Of a DNA stretch of 64,000 nt, positions 19,001 to 27,043 are shown piece after piece. Where the stretch lies: positions 128,001 through 192,000 of the forward strand of contig CAVTWJ010000001.1 of NCBI GenBank assembly GCA_963738405.1, given 5' to 3'. This DNA comes from a candidate division FCPU426 bacterium. GTDB taxonomy: Bacteria; Oederibacteriota; Muellerivitia; Muellerivitales; Muellerivitaceae. Below the pieces are notes generated by a model. The model made no database searches. It worked only from the letters and a program-made list of their open reading frames with translations, and was not told where the DNA came from. How positions within the stretch are numbered: the first letter of the stretch is position 1; each line of letters opens with the position of its first letter. The translations under genes were made by a program, and so were the position numbers.

Positions 19001-20384
19001 GGGAACCCCCACTAGAACCCCGACTAGCACCAGCACTAAGACTCCAACCCCCACGTCAACATGGACTTATACTTCCACGTTTACTTCAACCGACACAATC
19101 ACACAAACCCCCACCATTACCTCAACGCCAACGATCACTGATACGCCCCAACCGGGTGCCGTTACGATTATCTTTGCCCCTGGCCCGAGCCAACCCTCAA
19201 ATGCGACTACCTTGGCCGGTTCTACAAATGTGGCTGATCTTCAATTTGTCTTAACAAATACTGGTGCCACATCGGTGACCGTGACCAATTTAACCGTTAC
19301 CGATTCAGGTTCTGGAAATGTTTCAACCGGGGTCTCAAACATCACGTTCACCCAAAACGGGTCATCGTTGGGTAATGCCACCTTCTCAGGGAGTAACGCA
19401 ACCCTAGGGTTGGCGGATATTATTCCCGCGGGTGGAAGCGTAACGATCCTTGTCTCTTATAACTATACGAATTCTGCGGTTGGAAACTATATCGGGACCC
19501 TGACAGGCGCGACTGCCTCGAACGGAGTTCCGGCGGTTATTAATAATCTTCCGATTACAGGGGCTACTATTACCGTACTACAGCCGACGAACACACCTAC
19601 GAACACCTCTACTCCCACGGCAACATCGACGGTTACTAATACGCCTAGCTTTACTGCAACGCCGACCTCCACCTCTACTTCCAGCTATACCAATACTCCT
19701 GCCAATACGGCCACAGCTACCTTTACGGGAGTATTTACTAGCACTGTGACCAAAACACCAACCGCAACGCTTACCGCTTCATCTACGGGTACTCCTACAT
19801 CCTCTAACACAGCTACCAACACGCCGACCATCACGTCCACTCCCCAGTTCAGCTATACGCCTTCTTATTCGCCGACGGCCACCAACACTCCGGTCTTTAC
19901 GGCCACATCCACATGGACTGGGACCTCTACGGCTACAGGAACATCTACCTCCAGCCCCACTCACACCACTTCACCTACCTTTACCTTCACACCAACCATA
20001 ACCAACACCCCGACTTTGACGGGAACCTCCACCTTTACGCCTTCTCCTACTACTTCCCCTACTCCTACGGCCTCTTTTACACCGACCCCCATTCTTATAC
20101 CTGTGGTTCTAAATCCTTTCCCGAATCCAACTACTGGTCAACCCATTGAATTGGATGTCGCACTTCCGGGCGCCTCGACCGTGAGATATACGGTTTACAC
20201 CCTAGCCTTCCGAAAAATCGCTTGGGGAGGACCTTCGGGCCAAGTTTCGAACTCTGTGGCCTTAAAATGGAATCTTCAGGACAATTACGGGTTCAAGGTG
20301 GCTGACGGACTCTACTATGTCAGGGTCGAAATCATAGGCCCGCAAAATGCCACGAAGATATTTAAAGTGATAGTTCTGCGCTAA
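16038..20384 (+). CDS. Large secreted modular protein: expansin-like domain, two CBM-like repeats, Thr/Pro-rich linkers, Ig-like domain, T9SS/FlgD-like C-terminal domain
   Basis: Signal peptide (start may be ATG 16062); ACGY, CGAC, DECP, HLDMS, WRFVQCP expansin/DPBB motifs; C-terminal PFPNP...KWNLQDNYGFKVADGLYYVRV...KVIVLR. Confidence 0.8.
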   Translation: MRKAIAKTMKKIQLSLILFLTGFFFGLSPLKLLAVTYSYTNYVPIPTLMATPQYCPSDAAITYQENQPTTYPLPTWETACGYAQGSYDPNNFAAIDSDSFGDTAAKNAVGGGLGGFPCGACAALHNSSNGVGVTLVIIDECPQGSGGGNNNTYNCWVGSYHLDMSQQAYTTLAGGGSFPSNNAVSNLTGSTVTWRFVQCPNSLLTHNSSSGDISYYWQNGAKSTYNPLMFLDFAFPLKSVYYSTSSTGPFTTSLPRDTPSTQNFWGGNSNPTFPSGNLYFQLNSYETSVGPVTVNVNNTGGYTPQTSANSGNPAPAVSNQQFPNCMTGPTYTFTNTPTIGSPTATPTKTLTVTPTATNTAVGPPPGCPYYIYNGASPHALANIKGWYSANGPVSSLVENATAALDGESVGLDFGASVTANGYYAGFGLNWANYSGAPASPYQPLVNIGSGSIYTTLVFYIENPNASATTLIATLADYEGGAAYSSVPVTFTIGAGSNVEQIPLSKFTASGASFTAANIGELDIQETSMSAAAQSVSLYFGGFSFYGTCPTSTPTSSPTPLFSPTPTGTPTPIPGCEYLFYSGSSPHAMANGSIGTSVPAGGTGTVVENTTAKLNGETNGLDFQAAIPASGFYAEMMFNWAGYNAVPVSPLQPLVNLNSGLTYLEFYIENTTAADSPMTWSVDLADYGGGGASGVTASVPVTFVVTGTGVQKIDLPLSDFATGGASYSVSQIGEIDLEWHSSAAAQNATVYVGGIGFYGTCPTNTPTPTATSTATRTSTPTPSPTATATGTPTPSFTATPTKTSTPTGTPTSSPTATPTSTATGTPTPSFTGTPTKTNSPTGTPTTSSTSTPTGAFTATSTPSFTVTNTRTSTSTNTATTVATSTPTSTPSLTGTSTKTSTPLNTATSTATGASTSTSTPTPQFTFTGTPISTATGTSTKTSTPTSTATSVSTSTPTPIFTATSTRTSTAIPTATSTPTGTNTPSLTFTGTPTRTPTSTSTKTPTPTSTWTYTSTFTSTDTITQTPTITSTPTITDTPQPGAVTIIFAPGPSQPSNATTLAGSTNVADLQFVLTNTGATSVTVTNLTVTDSGSGNVSTGVSNITFTQNGSSLGNATFSGSNATLGLADIIPAGGSVTILVSYNYTNSAVGNYIGTLTGATASNGVPAVINNLPITGATITVLQPTNTPTNTSTPTATSTVTNTPSFTATPTSTSTSSYTNTPANTATATFTGVFTSTVTKTPTATLTASSTGTPTSSNTATNTPTITSTPQFSYTPSYSPTATNTPVFTATSTWTGTSTATGTSTSSPTHTTSPTFTFTPTITNTPTLTGTSTFTPSPTTSPTPTASFTPTPILIPVVLNPFPNPTTGQPIELDVALPGASTVRYTVYTLAFRKIAWGGPSGQVSNSVALKWNLQDNYGFKVADGLYYVRVEIIGPQNATKIFKVIVLR
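17133..18320 (+). repeat. Two diverged intragenic domain repeats (about 185 aa each; 17133-17684 and 17757-18320)
   Basis: Shared motifs GC.Y..Y.G.SPHA.AN, VEN.TA.L.GE..GLDF, NWA.Y...P.SP.QPLVN, FYIEN, LADY.GG, SVPVTF, IGE.D, GG..FYGTCP. Confidence 0.9.
18321..20090 (+). repeat. Low-complexity Thr/Pro/Ser (TPT/TST/TAT) repeat tracts interrupted by one Ig-like domain (about 19155-19580)
   Basis: Translation dominated by T, P, S; ACN/CCN codon periodicity. Confidence 0.9.
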
Positions 20385-20415
20385 TTGAAATAAGAAAATC
20401 TCGAAATCATTTTTT

Positions 20416-20448
20416 AAAAGAGCGCTCCTTAGCTGGGGCGCTTTTTTT
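20416..20448 (+). terminator. Rho-independent terminator after the expansin-like gene
   Basis: Stem AGCGCTCC/GGGGCGCT (20421-28/20435-42), loop TTAGCT, followed by T run. Confidence 0.85.
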
Positions 20449-20567
20449 GTTTTGAAGCGCACCGTGAATCTTCGGAGAGTAAGGTTTCCATGATTTTGCT
20501 CCGGCTTTAATTCTTGAGAACAAGCATCTCCGGCAATTGGCACTAGCGACAGGCTATAATGGTTTAT

Positions 20568-21563
20568 ATGAAAAAAAAACTACCTGTTCGAATGGGTGTC
20601 ATTGGATTGGGTCAAATAGCCCTCAAGGCCCATCTACCGGGTTATTCCAAAACCCAAAATTGTGTTCTTGCTGCCGTCTACTCAAAAAGGATCGACCATG
20701 CCCGTGAAGTGGCGGTCCAATACGGCATTCCTCAAATTTTTACCAATTGGAAAAGAATGCTTGAGTCAAAAGAATTAGATGCGGTTTCCATCTGCACCCC
20801 TAATTTCACTCATATGCCCATTGCCATAACGGCTCTCGCCAATGGAAAACATGTATTGGTTGAAAAACCAATGGCTTTGAATCGTCTGGAGTGCCGAAGA
20901 ATGGTGATAGAGGCAACGCGAAACAAACGAGTTCTAATGGTTCATCACAACATGCGATTTGACCCGGCGGTTCGGACCGCAAAAAAAATTTTGGACCGGG
21001 GGGCCATTGGAAAGGTAGTGGCTTTTAAAACAAACTTAACGCATCGGGGCCCAAGGGCTTGGAGCCGAAACGCGGATTGGTTTTTTGACCAACCTAAATC
21101 GGGAGGGGGCGCTCTGATGGATCTTGGATCGCATCCCTTTGACACCCTTCGGTTTCTTCTGGGAAAAGAGGGTATCGTAAAGGGAACTTTGGCTACTCCC
21201 AGCCAAAAAAGAAACCCGAAATCCCCAGAATTTCATTGTTCCTGCTTGGTCGAGTTTACAGGCGGTATTATCGGAAGTGTGACCGTGGGGTGGTTAGATG
21301 CTGTTTATCACAACCACTTTATCTTTTATGGTTCCAAAGGAACCTTGGCCATCAATCTCTCCAAAGGGGATTCCATTACCCTTTCACGATTGGACAAAAG
21401 AGGCGTAGTTCATCCTGGGATCGAACCACAAAGTTTTTCCCCAACGATTTATGAACAGTTTGTGCAGTGCATTCAACAAGAAGTCGAAGCCATACCTTCT
21501 GGAAAAGACGGGCTGGAGGTACTTCGGATGATTGAGGAGGGATACCGTTTTTTACGCGGGTAA
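20568..21563 (+). CDS. Gfo/Idh/MocA family oxidoreductase
   Basis: GVIGLGQIA, DAVSICTPN, GKHVLVEKP, GGGALMDLGSH; ATG 20568 preferred (ORF open from 20559). Confidence 0.9.
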   Translation: MKKKLPVRMGVIGLGQIALKAHLPGYSKTQNCVLAAVYSKRIDHAREVAVQYGIPQIFTNWKRMLESKELDAVSICTPNFTHMPIAITALANGKHVLVEKPMALNRLECRRMVIEATRNKRVLMVHHNMRFDPAVRTAKKILDRGAIGKVVAFKTNLTHRGPRAWSRNADWFFDQPKSGGGALMDLGSHPFDTLRFLLGKEGIVKGTLATPSQKRNPKSPEFHCSCLVEFTGGIIGSVTVGWLDAVYHNHFIFYGSKGTLAINLSKGDSITLSRLDKRGVVHPGIEPQSFSPTIYEQFVQCIQQEVEAIPSGKDGLEVLRMIEEGYRFLRG

Positions 21564-22956
21564 TGGTTCAAATCTAAGGCGTTTCTTGCTGATTGAGGTT
21601 GTTTTAATCATTCCGCTTTGTTCTGTGAAACTGTTTGCCGCCCCCATTGATTTAAACCCAACTAAAAATATTGATTTGGAGGCGATTGCCTCCCAAAAGA
21701 GCCAAGAAGAAATAGCCCGGGAAGCCGATGAAATTCTTCGCGAATTAGCATCTATCAAGGGTATTTCCGTTAAGAAAAAAGTGAAAGTGGCTTTTGTCGA
21801 AAGAGAATATTTAGGACGCTATTACCTTAGTCACCTTCAAGCCCAATACCCTCCCCAGGAAAAAGAGGCTTACGAGACGGCTTTCCAGGCATTAGGGCTA
21901 ATGGGAAAAGGGGAGGATCTTTTTTCGAGTTACTTAAGCGTATTTCTTTCGGTTGTAAGGGGACTTTACGACCCTGAATCCAAAACCTTGTATTTGCTTA
22001 AGGACGCCTCATCGGATGATCAGGAAAGGGTATTAGCCCATGAATTGGTTCATGCTCTCCAAGACCAACAATTTGACTTAAAGGCCTTTCTCGAGAGCAA
22101 CCGAGGTTTGACCCTGGATGAACAATTTGCACGGATGAGCCTGATTGAGGGTGAGGCCGAGGGCCTTTCTCTTGATTTGCGTTTGAGAGGGGATGGGAAA
22201 GATTTCACTCGGATGGCTGATATCGCTCCTTGGATTGAACAAGAAAATGCGTATGTAAAGGAGGGGTTAAAGGCATTTGGCAAAAGCGATTTTTCTTCGG
22301 ACGCTATCAATTTTCCGTATGTTTATGGAGTTACCTTTTTTCAACGTTGGGTTCGTCAAAATGGTTGGAAAAGTGTTGGGGGTATTTATCTTCATCCGCC
22401 TCGCACAACGCAGCAAATTATGAATACGGCGAGTTATTTTCCGAATCCACTCGCCTTTGCGCGTGTAAATCTTTCTGACCTTTCTGGGAATCCCCTTCGA
22501 AATTATCGCCTAATTTGGAAAAACTCCTTGGGGGAATATGGGTGGGAAACAGTCCTCTTAAATTATTTGGGGGATGAGGAGTCGGTTAAGGCCGTTGCGG
22601 GCTGGGAAGGGGACGGAGTTCAGATCTACAGCGAAAACGGTACTTCTTCGTGGCTTTTAACAGCCTTTCTTGTCTTCCGGGACGAGAAATCGTCTAAACT
22701 TTTTTTTAACGCCGCCAAGAGTTGTTGGACAAAAAAGATGAAAATACAAAGCTGGATCCGATCTGACGACACCATCAATTGGGCAACTTTGGCCGATTCT
22801 AAGGAAGCCTATCTGGAAAGATACGGAAGAAGGGTTGTTTGGCTGGAAGAAATTCCTGAAGGGTTTACTCCCCCCATCAGGTCCTCCTTATGGGATTTTC
22901 AGCGACTCAACAAGACGCCTAATTCCCGGGGTCAAACTTGCCTTGGCAGTCCTTGA
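21532..22956 (+). CDS. Secreted putative zinc metallopeptidase (HELxH, Hvo_1808/DUF6782-like)
   Basis: GLYDP..K.LYL, LAHELVHALQDQQF, LIEGEA, FPYVYG..F, PP.TT.QI, AGWEGD motifs; true start probably slightly downstream. Confidence 0.7.
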   Translation: MRRDTVFYAGNGSNLRRFLLIEVVLIIPLCSVKLFAAPIDLNPTKNIDLEAIASQKSQEEIAREADEILRELASIKGISVKKKVKVAFVEREYLGRYYLSHLQAQYPPQEKEAYETAFQALGLMGKGEDLFSSYLSVFLSVVRGLYDPESKTLYLLKDASSDDQERVLAHELVHALQDQQFDLKAFLESNRGLTLDEQFARMSLIEGEAEGLSLDLRLRGDGKDFTRMADIAPWIEQENAYVKEGLKAFGKSDFSSDAINFPYVYGVTFFQRWVRQNGWKSVGGIYLHPPRTTQQIMNTASYFPNPLAFARVNLSDLSGNPLRNYRLIWKNSLGEYGWETVLLNYLGDEESVKAVAGWEGDGVQIYSENGTSSWLLTAFLVFRDEKSSKLFFNAAKSCWTKKMKIQSWIRSDDTINWATLADSKEAYLERYGRRVVWLEEIPEGFTPPIRSSLWDFQRLNKTPNSRGQTCLGSP

Positions 22957-22981
22957 CAGTGCCAGATATGGTTCCTAAACT
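22953..22981 (+). promoter_or_regulatory. Putative sigma70 promoter for trxA
   Basis: TTGACA-N17-TAAACT. Confidence 0.6.
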
Positions 22982-23041
22982 TACTTTCTCGCTAACAAGG
23001 GCTTAAGAACACGCCCTAAAGACGCAAATCTGGAGGAGAAA

Positions 23042-23368
23042 ATGGGCGCTTCTGTTCATACTACTGATGGAAATTTCAAAAAGGATGTCTTGGATTCCAA
23101 GGAACCCGTTTTAGTCGATTTTTGGGCTGAATGGTGCGGTCCCTGCCGTATGGTAGCCCCGGTTTTGGATGAACTGGCTAAAGAATATGAGGGTAAAATC
23201 AAGATTGCTAAGGTAAATGTGGATGAAAATCAGCAGGTTTCAATGGATTACCATATTCGAAGCATTCCAACCCTTTTGTTTTTTAAAAATGGCCAGATGG
23301 TTAAGCAATTAGTGGGAGCCCATCCTAAATCGAAATTGATTACGGAAATCCAAGAAGTTTTGGGTTAA
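23042..23368 (+). CDS. trxA: Thioredoxin
   Basis: [25 protein letters not shown]. Confidence 0.97.
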   Translation: MGASVHTTDGNFKKDVLDSKEPVLVDFWAEWCGPCRMVAPVLDELAKEYEGKIKIAKVNVDENQQVSMDYHIRSIPTLLFFKNGQMVKQLVGAHPKSKLITEIQEVLG

Positions 23369-23381
23369 GGTTTTTCGATTC

Positions 23382-23831
23382 TTGTTAATGATCGAGAGGT
23401 GTTTTTTGCTATTCATAAAAAATATTTTGTTTTTGTTGATTCTGCTCATTCCATCCCTTTCGGTCAGTCAAGTAATTGTCACAACGGATCAGAGTTTTCA
23501 AAAGGATGTCCTTGATTCGAAGGTTCCTGTTTTAATGGATTTTTGGGCGACTTGGTGCGGGCCTTGCCGGATGTACGGGCCGGTGGTGGACCAAATTTCT
23601 AAACAATACGGTAAAAAACTGAAGGTGTGTCGGGTGAATGTGGATGACAATCCATCGTTAAGCCAGCAGTTCAAAATCCAGGCTATTCCAGCTTCATTTG
23701 TTGTTGAAAAAGGCAATATTGTTGATTCTTGGGTTGGGGTTGTGCCTCTCTCGGTGGTTCAGGAAAGATTAAAGCCCTTTCTCAAAGTATCTGCGCCAAA
23801 GAGTCAAATAACAACTCCTACTCAACCGTAA
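23382..23831 (+). CDS. Thioredoxin paralogue with N-terminal signal peptide
   Basis: MDFWATWCGPC, IQAIP; hydrophobic leader ILFLLILLIPSLSVS. Confidence 0.85.
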   Translation: MLMIERCFLLFIKNILFLLILLIPSLSVSQVIVTTDQSFQKDVLDSKVPVLMDFWATWCGPCRMYGPVVDQISKQYGKKLKVCRVNVDDNPSLSQQFKIQAIPASFVVEKGNIVDSWVGVVPLSVVQERLKPFLKVSAPKSQITTPTQP

Positions 23832-23901
23832 TAAATCCTGAAAATCTTAAAATTTATCCAAAGGGTTTGTTAACCCTGGAATGTTTTTTCCCCTGATTTC
23901 A

Positions 23902-23930
23902 TTGGCAGTTTTTGGTTTTTTTTTCTATAC
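23902..23930 (+). promoter_or_regulatory. Putative sigma70 promoter for secDF
   Basis: TTGGCA-N17-TATACT. Confidence 0.55.
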
Positions 23931-24007
23931 TGCCCCGGTTTTTCGCTGTAAAGAGACCGCTTTCGACTATTGTCTTGTGATAAATCCCATCCCTTGAAAG
24001 GTTTTCC

Positions 24008-25309
24008 GTGACTGCTCAAAAGATGATGGCCATCTTGGTGTTGCTTTTGGTTTTTGGATGTATTTATGCCCTCTACCCGCCTTCCCAAAAGCTTAAGCTG
24101 GGATTGGATATTCGGGGTGGGTTACATATGAACCTGACCGTTGACCGGGACAAAATGCAGGGAAAAACCGAGCAGGAAATCTCGGACGCGGCCGACAGGG
24201 CCTTGGAAATTCTGAGAAATCGAGTTGATGGCCTGGGTGTCAGCGAACCTGTTCTTGAAAGGGATGGAACAGATGGAATCGTTATCCAATTACCGGGATT
24301 GACCGATTTTAAACGCGCCAGGGAGGTTATCCTTTCAACCGCCCAGTTGGAATTCCGCCTCGTTTCAAACCTTCGGGAAGAAGATTACACTGACAAAGAT
24401 GGGAAAATCGTTACTTCCAAACTTCCTAAGGGGATCACCTATTTCCCCGGTAAGGATGAGGGAAGCTATTTATGCGAGGACGTGCTTTTGACGGGAGCCT
24501 CTCTGGTAGAGGCCAAGGTTACAACCGATTCTTACGGACGGCCTGTTATTTCTTTCAAAATGGACGCAGAGGGCGGGCATAAGTTTGGAGTCATAACAGG
24601 TGAAAATATCAATCGACGGCTTGCCATCATTTTGGATAACAAGGTTTACTCTGCTCCCAATATTCAGACTCGTATACCTGGAGGACAGGGACAAATTACT
24701 GGAAGTTTTACAGATGAAGAAGCAAGAGATTTAGCCCTTATTTTACAGGCTGGCGCATTGCCTGCGCCCTTAAAGGTGACGGGACAGTTTCAAGTGGGCC
24801 CGACCTTGGGAGCTGATTCGGTCAAAAAGGGAACCTGGGCGGCTGTTTATGGTTTGGTCCTAGTGCTGATATTTATGGCGCTTTATTACCAATTGTCCGG
24901 GGTTATTGCTAATGTTGGTCTTTTGGTCAACTTGATATTTTTGATGGGAAGCTTGGCTCTCCTGAAGGCAACCCTGACCCTGCCTGGTATCGCAGGCATC
25001 ATTCTTACATTAGGGTTATCAGTTGATTCGAACGTTCTGATATTTGAACGCATTCGTGAGGAACTTAAAGCAGGAAAAACCATAAGATCCGCCATTGATG
25101 CGGGTTATAACCGAGCCTTGGTCGCTATTATCGATACTCATGTTACGACCTTGATTTCAGCGGCGGTTCTTTTCCAATTCGGAACGGGTCCCATTAAGGG
25201 ATTTGCCGTTACGCTAAGTTTGGGCGTGGCCTTAAGTCTTTTTACCGCCGTCGTTATTACCAAAATGATTTTTGATGCCCGCAAAGAATACCAAAGCTTA
25301 AGTATTTAA
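24008..25309 (+). CDS. secD: Protein translocase subunit SecD
   Basis: LGLDIRGG, RVDGLGVSEP, AIILDN, GALPAPL, VDSNVLIFERIREE. Confidence 0.97.
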   Translation: MTAQKMMAILVLLLVFGCIYALYPPSQKLKLGLDIRGGLHMNLTVDRDKMQGKTEQEISDAADRALEILRNRVDGLGVSEPVLERDGTDGIVIQLPGLTDFKRAREVILSTAQLEFRLVSNLREEDYTDKDGKIVTSKLPKGITYFPGKDEGSYLCEDVLLTGASLVEAKVTTDSYGRPVISFKMDAEGGHKFGVITGENINRRLAIILDNKVYSAPNIQTRIPGGQGQITGSFTDEEARDLALILQAGALPAPLKVTGQFQVGPTLGADSVKKGTWAAVYGLVLVLIFMALYYQLSGVIANVGLLVNLIFLMGSLALLKATLTLPGIAGIILTLGLSVDSNVLIFERIREELKAGKTIRSAIDAGYNRALVAIIDTHVTTLISAAVLFQFGTGPIKGFAVTLSLGVALSLFTAVVITKMIFDARKEYQSLSI

Positions 25310-25322
25310 AGAACGGAAAGGC

Positions 25323-26264
25323 ATGACGATGATGCTTCAATGGTTTAAAGAACCCAAAATCGACTTTATGAAGTTTCGCAGATTTTTCCTTGCGCTTTCA
25401 GCCCTGGCTTGTTTGGCCGGGTGTTACGCTATCGTTTTGCTTTACCAAGGCAAGGCCAATTTGGGAACGGATTTCGGGGCAGGTGTATTATTAAGGATGT
25501 CATCCCAAACGAGCGTCGATCTCGATCCTATCCGGCAAACGTTAAAGGGGGATGGGTTTCCTGAAGCGCAGATACAGCAAGTGAAAGATGACAGTTCGAA
25601 CGCATTTAAGCTGATCATCAAGATTAAACATGATCCCTCAAAAGCTGTTGGAAGCATTGGAGACGAGGTTTTAACGGTATTTAACAAGAATTTCCCGAAT
25701 GCGCATTTCGTGTTAGATGGGAGTGATGAGGTTGGCCCTGCGGTTTCCCAAAAGCTTCGGGAGGATGCAACCAATGCCTTCATGATCGCCATGTTTGGGA
25801 TATTAATCTATATCGCCTGGCGTTTTGACTTCAAATTCGCAGTGGCCGCTATTATCACGACCTTCCACGACATCCTGGTTATTTTGGGATTTGTCATATT
25901 GACAGGTAGGGAATTCAATCTCTTACAGGTTACGGCCTTATTAACCTTGGCCGGTTATTCACTGAACGATACTGTGGTGAATTTTGACCGAATTCGTGAA
26001 AATATGAAGCTATTGCTCAAGGATAGGTCATTTGCCGATCTCGTGAACTTGAGTATCAATGAAACCTTAAGCCGGACGATCAACACAAGTTTGACTGTAT
26101 TCCTGACCCTTTTGCCCCTCTGCATTATGGGGAGTGACACCTTGAAGGATTTTGCCATGACTCTTTTAGCGGGTGTGATTGTAGGTACCTATTCTTCTGT
26201 ATTTGTCGCGAGCCCCATCTTGGTGGAATGGAACCTTTTTTCAGGCCCAAAAAAGAAGCCCTGA
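25323..26264 (+). CDS. secF: Protein translocase subunit SecF
   Basis: IDFMK, G.DF..G, VGP.V, HD, GYSLNDTVV.FDRIRE, GTYSSVFVA. Confidence 0.97.
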   Translation: MTMMLQWFKEPKIDFMKFRRFFLALSALACLAGCYAIVLLYQGKANLGTDFGAGVLLRMSSQTSVDLDPIRQTLKGDGFPEAQIQQVKDDSSNAFKLIIKIKHDPSKAVGSIGDEVLTVFNKNFPNAHFVLDGSDEVGPAVSQKLREDATNAFMIAMFGILIYIAWRFDFKFAVAAIITTFHDILVILGFVILTGREFNLLQVTALLTLAGYSLNDTVVNFDRIRENMKLLLKDRSFADLVNLSINETLSRTINTSLTVFLTLLPLCIMGSDTLKDFAMTLLAGVIVGTYSSVFVASPILVEWNLFSGPKKKP

Positions 26265-26310
26265 CCCCATCGCATTGGCGGTTTTTCCTGCCGCCCAAAG
26301 GAAATTCCTG

Positions 26311-26982
26311 GTGAGTTTCGCCCAGAGATTCAGCGAGATACGCGGTCGAATTGCTGAAGCGGCCGTTCGGTCAGGCCGAAATCCTGAAGGAGTAACCCTT
26401 TTAGGGGTCACGAAGTCCTTTCCACCTCCCGTGATTCAGGAAGCCTATGATGGCGGGCTTCGGCTTTTTGGCGAGAATCGCGTTCAGGAATTCTTGGAAA
26501 AAGTTTCGCATTTGCCCTCCGACATCCATTGGCATTTCATAGGGCAACTTCAAACCAATAAAATTAATAAAATTATAGGTCAGGTTGAATTAGTCCATTC
26601 CATCGATTCAATGGAAATGGCCCAAGCATTATCCAAAAGGTTGTTAGGAACAACCCAGGATATTTTGTTAGAGGTGAATACTTCAGGTGAAACGACAAAA
26701 TCAGGGGTCAAACCTGAAGAGACCTTAAGTCTTATGAGGGGAATCATAGGGTTGCCAGGAATTCATTTAAGGGGTCTCATGACGGTTGGCCCTTTGACAG
26801 AAAATAAAACTAAACAGAATGAAGCGTTTAAAGTTTTGAAGGGTCTGTTCGAACAAGCCTCCGCAGAAATGGGTCCTGGGTTGGATACCCTTTCCATGGG
26901 AATGAGCGGGGATTTTGAAATGGCTATCGAAGAAGGCTCCACGCTGGTTAGGCTAGGTAGCGCATTGTTTGGAAAGAGATGA
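26311..26982 (+). CDS. yggS: PLP homeostasis protein YggS
   Basis: VTK, FGENRVQE, WHFIGQLQTNK, GLMT, LSMGMSGD, VRLGSALFG; GTG 26311 after AAGGA. Confidence 0.93.
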   Translation: MSFAQRFSEIRGRIAEAAVRSGRNPEGVTLLGVTKSFPPPVIQEAYDGGLRLFGENRVQEFLEKVSHLPSDIHWHFIGQLQTNKINKIIGQVELVHSIDSMEMAQALSKRLLGTTQDILLEVNTSGETTKSGVKPEETLSLMRGIIGLPGIHLRGLMTVGPLTENKTKQNEAFKVLKGLFEQASAEMGPGLDTLSMGMSGDFEMAIEEGSTLVRLGSALFGKR

Positions 26983-27043
26983 TAAAAATCGGTTCTTTTC
27001 TTGTTCTGTGGGCTATTAGAATGTCTTTCATTGGGAAAGGTTT

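Noticed and set aside
18305..19054. Val/Gly-rich minus-strand ORFs
   Set aside because: Reverse-complement artefact of the Thr/Pro codon repeats
18321..20090. Possible CRISPR or DNA tandem array
   Set aside because: No identical repeats with unique spacers; repetition is at amino-acid level inside a CDS; no cas genes
22995..23035. GACGCAAA plus small hairpin before trxA as a riboswitch
   Set aside because: Leader too short and remaining conserved elements absent
26203..26310. N-terminal extension of YggS given by the ORF track
   Set aside because: Overlaps secF; GTG 26311 with SD gives the expected length
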